Below, one piece after another: positions 1 to 5,452 of a stretch of DNA of 6,763 bases. The stretch's first letter is position 1; every line of letters starts with the position of its first letter. Below the pieces are notes generated by a model that saw only the letters and a list, made by a program, of their open reading frames with translations, was not told the origin of the DNA and did not search any database. Origin of the DNA: Vibrio cholerae ATCC 14035. GTDB taxonomy: Bacteria; Pseudomonadota; Gammaproteobacteria; Enterobacterales; Vibrionaceae. Position numbers and translations under genes: made by a program. The stretch is taken from contig NZ_JHXR01000047.1 of assembly GCF_000621645.1 (NCBI RefSeq), forward strand, positions 1 through 6,763. The letters are read 5' to 3'.

Positions 1-231
1 CAGCTTCTTTTTCAATTCCCGAATTTCTATTTGCTCAGGGGTCATAGGTGAAGCTTTAGGTGTTTTCCCTTGGCGTTCTTCTCTAAGCTGGCGAACCCAT
101 TTATCCATCGTGGACTTGCCCACATTCATGGCTTGGGCTGCTTCCGTCACTGAGTAATTTTGGTCTAAGACTAGCTGCGCTGCTTCTAACTTAAATTCTG
201 CGCTAAATAGTCGTCTTGTACGTTTTGTCAT
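1..231 (-). CDS. IS3-family transposase OrfA (HTH part), 5' portion, open to the window edge
   Basis: Own translation from ATG 231-229 gives [77 protein letters not shown] with no stop down to position 1. The pattern FSAEFK...[32 protein letters not shown] is what I recall for IS911-like OrfA. It is absent from the ORF track because it is truncated by the window. Confidence 0.85.
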   Translation of the reverse strand, partial: MTKRTRRLFSAEFKLEAAQLVLDQNYSVTEAAQAMNVGKSTMDKWVRQLREERQGKTPKASPMTPEQIEIRELKKKL

Positions 232-290
232 AATGTCACCTGTTAACTTATGAGGTGATGATATCACCTCTAACTAAGTGACCAAATTCA
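1..290 (-). mobile_element. Left end of an IS3-family insertion sequence (partial; continues beyond window start)
   Basis: On the minus strand the element starts 5'-TGAATTTGGTCACTTAG (290 down to 274). The TG start and TGAAnTGGTCA-like terminus resemble IS911/IS3-group terminal inverted repeats. It is followed by a leader hairpin GAGGTGAT/ATCACCTC (252-259/263-270, 3-nt loop), an AGGTGA SD (236-241) and the OrfA ATG at 231. The boundary at 290 is inferred; the other end is outside the window. Confidence 0.7.
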
Positions 291-298
291 CTATGCCA

Positions 299-568
299 CT
301 ACAACTTTCGCCCATTTGGGTATGCGTGAGAGGCTACACCTTTAGCTAAACTACGACAATCACTGCAGTAGCTTTGATAACCATCAGGGTTACGAGCTGT
401 CACTCGTGCAGGAGTTTTTCCAAATGAAGATGGATATGAATGAAAAACATGTTCTCCGCCATTGGCATCTGAACAGTGAGGGCAAGACTTAAATTTCTGT
501 CCAGTCTTGGGGTCTGATTTATGAATTGTTCCTACGTTTAGGCGTTTTCCACAACAACTACATGCCAT
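299..568 (-). CDS. Cys-rich small protein (three CxxC-type pairs, zinc-ribbon-like), function unknown
   Basis: 89-aa ORF with ATG at 568 and a GGAGA SD (574-578) 5 nt upstream. Cysteine pairs are CSCC (aa 3-6), CPHC (29-32) and CSDC (68-71). It is co-oriented with the cassette array. No family was recognised with confidence. Confidence 0.65.
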   Translation of the reverse strand: MACSCCGKRLNVGTIHKSDPKTGQKFKSCPHCSDANGGEHVFHSYPSSFGKTPARVTARNPDGYQSYCSDCRSLAKGVASHAYPNGRKL

Positions 569-654
569 AACTGTCTCCTATAAAAATCTTAGGCACAGAA
601 ATCATAAGGGAAAATCAATATGCAAACCGAGACCTATGCATGCAATTTGTAACC

Positions 655-777
655 TAACGCCCGCCTAAGGGGCTGACAACGCATTACCACTAAACTCAAA
701 CACAACAACTGCAACCACCGCGGCTCATTGGGACTGGAAACGCCACGCGTTGACAGTCCCTCTTGAGGCGTTTGTTA
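655..777 (-). repeat. attC site, VCR class (copy 1, 123 bp)
   Basis: Plus strand reads TAACGCCCGCCTAAGGGGCTGACAACGC...CGCGTTGACAGTCCCTCTTGAGGCGTTTGTTA. The ends are imperfectly complementary (R''/L'' versus L'/R'). The minus strand starts with TAAC (inverse core) and ends with GTTA (core GTTRRRY). Confidence 0.95.
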
Positions 778-785
778 TGTGCGTG

Positions 786-1199
786 CTATTGATGAGCCTT
801 GTTCAACTCCAAAAGATCCCATTTGTTTCCATAAAGATCTTGGAACACAACCACTGTCCCATACTCTTCTACTCGTGGTTCTTCATTAAAAACAACACCC
901 TTGGTCTTCATCAACTCATAATCTCGCCAGAAGTCATTCGTTTGTAGAAACAGAAAAACACGACCTCCAGTCTGATTACCTACAAATTGAGCTTGTTCTT
1001 CGGTACTTGCTTGAGCAAGAAGTAGGTTCGTTCCATTCGAGTTTGGCGGCGAAACTTGAACCCAACGTTTACCACCACCCAAATCGGTATCTTCAACTAA
1101 ACTGAACTGAAGCTTTTTTGTATAGAACTCAATGGCATCATCGTAGTTTTCTACGACAAGTGCGATATTGCCGATTTGCTGTTGAACGACTTTAGACAT
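786..1199 (-). CDS. VOC (glyoxalase/bleomycin-resistance/dioxygenase) superfamily protein
   Basis: 137-aa ORF. It has the beta-alpha-beta-beta-beta style sequence typical of the family (IGNIALVVENYDDAIEFYTKKLQF...; ...YGTVVVFQDLYGNKWDLLE at the C-terminus). Weak GAGAAG SD lies 5 nt upstream of ATG 1199. It sits alone between two attC sites. Confidence 0.85.
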   Translation of the reverse strand: MSKVVQQQIGNIALVVENYDDAIEFYTKKLQFSLVEDTDLGGGKRWVQVSPPNSNGTNLLLAQASTEEQAQFVGNQTGGRVFLFLQTNDFWRDYELMKTKGVVFNEEPRVEEYGTVVVFQDLYGNKWDLLELNKAHQ

Positions 1200-1263
1200 G
1201 CTGACTTCTCAAGATTTCAAAAGCTGAATTCTACACTACTTCGAGATTTTTCGAGAAAGCACA

Positions 1264-1385
1264 TAACGCCCGCCTAAGGGGCAGGCAACGCATAACACTA
1301 AACTCAAACACAACAACCATAACCACCGCAGCTCATTGGGACTGGAAACGCCACGCGTTGACAGTCCCTCTTGAGGCGTTTGTTA
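1264..1385 (-). repeat. attC site, VCR class (copy 2, 122 bp)
   Basis: Same repeat as copy 1, with variants GGGGCAGGC and CCGCAGCTC. The central part is CATAACAC instead of CATTACCAC. Confidence 0.95.
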
Positions 1386-1898
1386 TGCGGTTAATAGCTT
1401 AGACATGTACAGCTCATTAACATACTCACCATCGACAACCAGAGAATGGCGCTTTAAACCCTCAACTTCAAAACCACATGATTCATAAAGCCTTTTAGCT
1501 CTCTCGTTGTGCTGCATTACGGTCAACTCTAGCCGGCTATATCCATGAGAAATCGCCCAACCTTCAAGCTTGTTTACTAATTCTTTTCCAAATCCTTGGC
1601 CTGTAACAGCTTGGAGAAGGCCAATGACCAAAGACATGCAGTGTTTATTGCGATTGGCTGTATTACCTACACCGACAATGAAACCAAAAGCCTTTTCATC
1701 ATTGGTCAGTAAATATATCACCTTATTAGATGAATCATTGAATGAGTGAATAATTTGGATTTGCTGCTCCAGTGTGGTTGTCCTTTCTTCTGGTTCAAGC
1801 AGCATGAATTTAGACTCTCGATCTAATTGGTACATTAATGACAATACTGACTCTGCATCTTCGACTGTTAATTTTCTAATAATCACTTTTTCATCCAT
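1383..1898 (-). CDS. GNAT-family N-acetyltransferase
   Basis: 171 aa from ATG 1898 (MDEKVIIRKLTVEDAE...). The acetyl-CoA motif region is LLQAVTGQGFGKELV, followed by NERAKRLYESCGFE. The track ORF (to 1976) begins at a GTG inside the attC and is an artefactual extension. The TAA stop (1383-1385) is the TAA of the attC inverse core. Confidence 0.9.
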   Translation of the reverse strand: MDEKVIIRKLTVEDAESVLSLMYQLDRESKFMLLEPEERTTTLEQQIQIIHSFNDSSNKVIYLLTNDEKAFGFIVGVGNTANRNKHCMSLVIGLLQAVTGQGFGKELVNKLEGWAISHGYSRLELTVMQHNERAKRLYESCGFEVEGLKRHSLVVDGEYVNELYMSKLLTA

Positions 1899-1913
1899 GC
1901 TCAAATAACTGCA

Positions 1914-2035
1914 TAACGCCCGCCTAAGGGGCTGACAACGCATAACACTAAACTCAAACACAACAACCGTAACCACCGCGGCTCAATGGGACTGGAAACG
2001 CCGCGCGTTGACAGTCCCTCTTGAGGCGTTTGTTA
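1914..2035 (-). repeat. attC site, VCR class (copy 3, 122 bp)
   Basis: Same repeat, with variants CTGACAAC, CTCAATGGG and ACGCCGCGCG. Confidence 0.95.
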
Positions 2036-2036
2036 G

Positions 2037-2065
2037 TTGCCCTACCCCAACACCAGTGCTAACAT
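2037..2065 (+). promoter_or_regulatory. Putative sigma70 promoter of the reverse-oriented TA operon
   Basis: TTGCCC (2037-2042), 17-nt spacer, extended -10 TGcTAACAT (2057-2065). It starts 2 bp after the attC end and lies about 27 nt upstream of the ATG. Hexamer matches are only moderate. Confidence 0.35.
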
Positions 2066-2091
2066 TCGTACACACAACAAAGGAGCTCACC

Positions 2092-2376
2092 ATGGATACT
2101 AGAATTCAATTTCGTGTAGACGAAGAAACAAAACGTTTAGCTCAACAAATGGCTGAAAGCCAAGGTCGAACTCTTAGCGATGCTTGCCGTGAACTCACTG
2201 AACAATTAGCTGAGCAGCAACGCAAGGCATTATCTCACGATGCATGGCTAACTGAACAAGTGAATCAAGCATTTGAGAAGTTCGACTCAGGAAAAGCAGT
2301 ATTCATTGAACATGACATCGCCAAAGCACGAATGGCTGAACGTAAAGCTAAAATCCGAAATCGAGGCCACGCATGA
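2092..2376 (+). CDS. Type II antitoxin, ribbon-helix-helix (RelB/DinJ/ParD-like)
   Basis: 94 aa from ATG 2092 (MDTRIQFRVDEETKRLAQQMAESQGRTLSDACRELTEQL...), which is an RHH N-terminus. AAGGAG SD (2080-2085) lies 6 nt upstream. The stop overlaps the toxin start (ATGA at 2373-2376). The track ORF start at 2008 is a TTG inside the attC. Confidence 0.8.
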   Translation: MDTRIQFRVDEETKRLAQQMAESQGRTLSDACRELTEQLAEQQRKALSHDAWLTEQVNQAFEKFDSGKAVFIEHDIAKARMAERKAKIRNRGHA

Positions 2377-2651
2377 TTTTCTGGGAAGAAGCATCTCTCA
2401 ATGATCGTGAGAAAATTTTCGAATTTCTCTACGACTTTAACCCAGCAGCGGCTAAAAAAACGGATGAGCTCATAGAAGCCAAAGTCGAAAATTTGCTTGA
2501 GCAACCACTAATCGGTGTTCAGCGTGATGGCATTAGAGGCAGATTGCTTATTATCCCTGAGATATCAATGATTGTTTCGTATTGGGTTGATGGTTCTAAA
2601 ATTCGAATAATGCGTGTACTACATCAGAAACAAAAATTTCCAAACGACTGA
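2373..2651 (+). CDS. Type II toxin, RelE/ParE superfamily
   Basis: 92 aa: MIFWEEASLNDREKIFEFLYDFNPAAAKKTDELIEAKVENLLEQPLIG...IVSYWVDGSKIRIMRVLHQKQ. This is the typical ParE/RelE plasmid-stabilisation layout (I.W...A..D...I..., P.aA, P.iG, Y....I.I.RVLH). It is translationally coupled to the upstream antitoxin. Confidence 0.85.
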   Translation: MIFWEEASLNDREKIFEFLYDFNPAAAKKTDELIEAKVENLLEQPLIGVQRDGIRGRLLIIPEISMIVSYWVDGSKIRIMRVLHQKQKFPND

Positions 2652-2670
2652 TTTGTTGCTGATTGGCAAC

Positions 2671-2792
2671 TAACGCCCGCCTAAGGGGCTGGCAACGCAT
2701 AACACTAAACTCAAACACAACAACTGCAACCACCGCGGCTCATTGGGACTGGAAACGCCACGCGTTGACAGTCCCTCTTGAGGCGTTTGTTA
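2671..2792 (-). repeat. attC site, VCR class (copy 4, 122 bp)
   Basis: Same repeat, close to the consensus of the nine copies. Confidence 0.95.
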
Positions 2793-3185
2793 GCTGCGTT
2801 TTTGAACATTGTCACCTTTAGTTTCGATAACAAAATTAACTGAGCGCTCAATTTCAGAGGTGCTCTCAACGTTTTTAATAATTAGCTTTTCTGATATTGA
2901 AACGTGGATATGCATTTCACGTCCCTGTTCTTTAGCTCTAGCCTTAGCGCTAAATATTTTATCGAATACTTTTGATATGTAGTAAACACTCAAGCCTGCA
3001 ACGACATTGGCACCGATAGAAATTAGAACTTCCGTCACTGCGGGGGCGGAAAAACCCTCAGATACATTTAGAGAGAGATCGTGTTCTCTAAATTCGCTGA
3101 ATTCGGACTGGTAAACATCATCGAAAAACTCTTTACCTGGACCCACGACTAAAATTTTTAGTGAGTTCTGGTCATAATCGTTCAT
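2790..3185 (-). CDS. Hypothetical 131-aa protein with one central hydrophobic (possible transmembrane) segment
   Basis: Strong SD AGGAG (3191-3195) lies 5 nt upstream of ATG 3185. The N-terminus is acidic, the hydrophobic stretch is VLISIGANVVAGLSVYYI, and the C-terminal half is charged. The TAA stop is supplied by the attC. No family was recognised. Confidence 0.7.
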   Translation of the reverse strand: MNDYDQNSLKILVVGPGKEFFDDVYQSEFSEFREHDLSLNVSEGFSAPAVTEVLISIGANVVAGLSVYYISKVFDKIFSAKARAKEQGREMHIHVSISEKLIIKNVESTSEIERSVNFVIETKGDNVQKRS

Positions 3186-3202
3186 TTTTTCTCCTGAGCA
3201 AC

Positions 3203-3325
3203 TAACGCCCGCCTAAGGGGCTGGCAACGCACTACCACTAAACTCAAACACAACAACCATAACCACCGCGGCTCAATGGGACTGGAAACGCCACGCGTTG
3301 ACAGTCCCTCTTGAGGCGTTTGTTA
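3203..3325 (-). repeat. attC site, VCR class (copy 5, 123 bp)
   Basis: Same repeat, with central variant CACTACCAC. Confidence 0.95.
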
Positions 3326-3335
3326 GTTTCGTAGC

Positions 3336-3358
3336 CCATTGTTTACCAATGGTTTTTT
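3336..3358 (+). terminator. Intrinsic-terminator-like hairpin plus T6 tract, plus-strand polarity
   Basis: CCATTG (3336-3341) pairs with CAATGG (3347-3352) across a 5-nt loop, followed by TTTTTT (3353-3358). The stem is short and AT-rich, and the T tract is on the strand antisense to the cassette array. The function is uncertain. Confidence 0.3.
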
Positions 3359-3739
3359 AACACCTTTACTTGAAAAGCATTTTACGCAAATGCATCTTAC
3401 AAGCACACGTCCAACACCAAAAGCTGTGAAGCAAGCTACCAAAACTTAAAACGATCAAGGTTAAGTTGGCCACTGTTAATAGTCCGCGACAAAGAAAACC
3501 AGATCACAGCGATGATGCTGCCTTTTGTGAGACTAAGCTGACCGCGCTGAACACCCAACAACGTTGAAGCATCTTGACTTGTTGGCTTGCGGCGACTTTG
3601 AAACTACTGCGTTTTCAACGCTTTCTGCCAAATCAGCATCAAGCAAAACTCAAAAGCCAACTTGTGAAATTTGGATACTAAAAGCTGCATGTTTAATGCA
3701 AATGAGCTTAGATTTTGATGATTTTTGATTGAGAGAAAC

Positions 3740-3862
3740 TAACGCCCGCCTAAGGGGCTGGCAACGCACTACCACTAAACTCAAACACAACAACTGCAAC
3801 CACCGCGGCTCAATGGGACTGGAAACGCCACGCGTTGACAGTCCCTCTTGAGGCGTTTGTTA
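3740..3862 (-). repeat. attC site, VCR class (copy 6, 123 bp)
   Basis: Same repeat. It differs from copy 5 only in the variable central CAACTGCAACC / CAACCATAACC segment. Confidence 0.95.
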
Positions 3863-4381
3863 TATGCGTGGTTCCTTGTTTGCCACTGTTCTATCTTTCG
3901 CTAGTTCGATGACGGCGTGCCCTAACTGAACTAGTGTGCCAAAGTTTGGCGTTGTTTCTGGCTTCAAGGAGCGATAAGCACTCGTACGACTTTTTATACC
4001 CGCCTTTGCAATAACTTGACCATGACCAAACTGCTCTACGTAAGAACGAATAGCCGCTTGCAAGATGTCGGGACGCCCCTCCATCATCGATTCCCATGAG
4101 GCCTGTTTGATGACGGCTTCCATTTCTTGAACATTAAAACTTAACTCCACCGACTTTTGTGAGCCCTTGGTTATGTCACGGAGTGTCGCGGCCGTTAACT
4201 CATTACCATCCCAATTTAACGAGCCATCACGAGTCAAGGAAAAGCGTTTAAAGTCCTTAATTTCTGAAAACGGTGCTTTTTTAAAGTATACCGACAAGTC
4301 GGCATAGCCTTGGTAACCATCATTGAACGTCAGTTCTAATGTATGGTCTGAGACAAAATCAACATCTATGACTTTCAACAT
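3860..4381 (-). CDS. DUF2442-like N-terminal domain fused to a C-terminal HigA-like 'addiction module antidote' HTH domain (candidate antitoxin/regulator)
   Basis: 173 aa. The N-terminus VIDVDFVSDHTLELTFNDGYQGYADLS fits my recollection of DUF2442. The C-terminal GRPDILQAAIRSYVEQFGHGQVIAKAGIKSRTSAYRSLKPETTPNFGTLVQLGHAV parallels the recalled consensus of HigA-type antidote proteins (GDPallaaAL..IA.a.Gm.qlA...Gl.R.sLY.aLs..gNP.f.T.lkvl.AlG). The ATG (4379-4381) overlaps the upstream gene's stop (ATGTTGA). The TAA stop lies in the attC. Confidence 0.75.
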   Translation of the reverse strand: MLKVIDVDFVSDHTLELTFNDGYQGYADLSVYFKKAPFSEIKDFKRFSLTRDGSLNWDGNELTAATLRDITKGSQKSVELSFNVQEMEAVIKQASWESMMEGRPDILQAAIRSYVEQFGHGQVIAKAGIKSRTSAYRSLKPETTPNFGTLVQLGHAVIELAKDRTVANKEPRI

Positions 4382-4644
4382 AAATCACCTAACTTACCTG
4401 GATTTTCACCATTCACCGCTTTATTCCACATCACCATCAATTGCTCTCGATGTTCAAGAATATGGTTTTCAGCACGTTTTCGTTGCTTATTGGGTAAGTA
4501 ACCCTCTAAACACTCACCTGTTTCAATAGCAATAATTAGCTCGTAACTACCGTACTTAACGTGAATATGAGGTAATTTATGCTGCTTGTTATCAAAGAAG
4601 TACAAGCAAAATGAAAGACCTAATAGGGCATCAATCTCTGGCAT
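4375..4644 (-). CDS. DUF4160-like protein (candidate toxin/effector partner)
   Basis: 89 aa from ATG 4644 (MPEIDALLGLSFCLYFFDNKQHKLPHIHVKYGSYE...). It shows the MP... start and the DH/H.PH.H..YG motif I associate with DUF4160. AGAGG SD lies 5 nt upstream. The track start (GTG 4650) is 2 codons longer and less likely. Confidence 0.75.
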   Translation of the reverse strand: MPEIDALLGLSFCLYFFDNKQHKLPHIHVKYGSYELIIAIETGECLEGYLPNKQRKRAENHILEHREQLMVMWNKAVNGENPGKLGDLC

Positions 4645-4663
4645 AGCCACCTCTAGTTCATCG

Positions 4664-4702
4664 CTCTAAAGGGACTATAGCAGCGTATCCTTTAGGAGAC
4701 AA
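4664..4702 (-). promoter_or_regulatory. Putative sigma70 promoter with flanking inverted repeat (operator-like) for the DUF4160/DUF2442-HTH operon
   Basis: On the minus strand: TTGTCT (4702-4697), 17 nt, TATAGT (4679-4674). The inverted repeat CCTAAAGG / CCTTTAG(A) (plus coordinates 4689-4696 and 4666-4672) brackets the -10 element. Confidence 0.45.
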
Positions 4703-4716
4703 TTCCTATAAGCATA

Positions 4717-4838
4717 TAACGCCCGCCTAAGGGGCTGGCAGCGCATACTACTAAACTCAAACACAACAACCGAAACCACCGCGGCTCAATGGGACTGGAA
4801 ACGCTACGCGTTGACAGTCCCTCTTGAGGCGTTTGTTA
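4717..4838 (-). repeat. attC site, VCR class (copy 7, 122 bp)
   Basis: Same repeat, with variants GGCAGCGC, CATACTAC and ACGCTACGCG. Confidence 0.95.
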
Positions 4839-5435
4839 TGTTTGTGGTTCTGAAACGGCTACTCTTTCATTTTTTCTAATGTAGATCAGATGGTTATTAT
4901 AAAACTCACTTTCAACATAACCATGCTGGAGAGCTTTCTTGTAAATTGACGCTACAAAAATATCCGCAAGACTAAAAGTCCGACCAATAATAAAACCTGA
5001 TTCATTACAAATCGTCTGACTTAACTTATCAAGACACAGCATAATCCACTCTCCCCGAACTTTCCGTTTGGATGTTTCATCTAGGTCGGGCCTAAAAAAG
5101 TTAAGCACAGTTCGGTTTTGAGGTGAATGAATACTGGAGTTCACGTATTCACAAACTGAGCGGATTTTTGTTTTTTCCTCAAGACTTTGACCTAGCAATG
5201 GACTCGTTGGAAATCGCTCTTCGAGGTATTCGGCAATAGCCATTGACTCAGTAAATACTAGACCATCAACTAACAACGAAGGCACATAGCCAAATGGATT
5301 CATCACACGATAAGTCGTAGCAAGGTCGTCCGAGCTAACTTCAATTCGTTCGTACGGGATACCTTTGAAATTAAGCATCCATTCAACCCTTTCTGAGCTG
5401 TTGGAACCCTTTGCGCTATAAAGTGACAAGTCCAT
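4836..5435 (-). CDS. Glutathione S-transferase family protein
   Basis: 199 aa from ATG 5435 (GGAG SD 5 nt upstream). The N-terminal thioredoxin-like GST domain is LYSAKGSNSSERVEWMLNFKGIPYE...NPFGYVPSLLVDGLVFTESMAIAEYLEERFP. The track ORF (to 5516) is an extension into the attC. The TAA stop lies in the attC. Confidence 0.88.
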   Translation of the reverse strand: MDLSLYSAKGSNSSERVEWMLNFKGIPYERIEVSSDDLATTYRVMNPFGYVPSLLVDGLVFTESMAIAEYLEERFPTSPLLGQSLEEKTKIRSVCEYVNSSIHSPQNRTVLNFFRPDLDETSKRKVRGEWIMLCLDKLSQTICNESGFIIGRTFSLADIFVASIYKKALQHGYVESEFYNNHLIYIRKNERVAVSEPQT

Positions 5436-5452
5436 TTTAACTCCGAAAAACA

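Noticed and set aside
750-947. 65-aa plus-strand ORF starting MTVPLEAFV (the same prefix recurs at 2008)
   Set aside because: It starts at the TTG of the conserved TTGACA inside the attC repeat and then runs antisense through the 3' end of the VOC gene. The repeated prefix is simply the translated repeat. There is no SD, and it is a shadow of a well-supported minus-strand CDS.
1241-1256. Short direct repeat TCGAGA(N4)TCGAGA upstream of the VOC gene as a regulator site
   Set aside because: It is only two 6-bp copies in an AT-rich leader with no partner regulator in the cassette, which is not distinguishable from chance.
1899-1976. N-terminal extension MVTVVVFEFSVMRCQPLRRALCSYLS of the GNAT ORF (and the analogous MVMVVLFEFSGNALPAPWAGVMFFGVK at 5436-5516 on the GST ORF)
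   Set aside because: Both are translations of the attC repeat from an internal GTG and are near-identical to each other because the repeat is. The genuine ATG starts are 1898 and 5435 (the latter with a GGAG SD), outside the repeat.
2008-2091. N-terminal 28-codon extension of the antitoxin ORF in the track
   Set aside because: The extension begins at a TTG inside attC copy 3. The internal ATG at 2092 has a perfect AAGGAG SD and gives a canonical RHH N-terminus.
2265-2504. 79-aa minus-strand ORF across the antitoxin/toxin junction
   Set aside because: It is antisense to two well-supported, coupled TA genes. It has no SD and a low-complexity, atypical composition, so it is a shadow ORF.
3336-3358. 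The hairpin plus T6 as the terminator of a minus-strand cassette transcript
   Set aside because: The T tract follows the stem only on the plus strand. On the minus strand the hairpin is preceded by A6 and followed by GCTACG, so it is not a canonical intrinsic terminator for the cassette-sense direction. It is kept only as a low-confidence plus-strand feature.
3891-4097. 68-aa minus-strand ORF inside the DUF2442-HTH gene (alternate frame)
   Set aside because: It lies completely inside the 173-aa CDS in another frame. It is Arg/Ser-rich and has no SD.
4323-4529. 68-aa plus-strand ORF spanning the DUF4160/DUF2442 junction
   Set aside because: It is antisense to both supported genes and has no SD or recognisable features.
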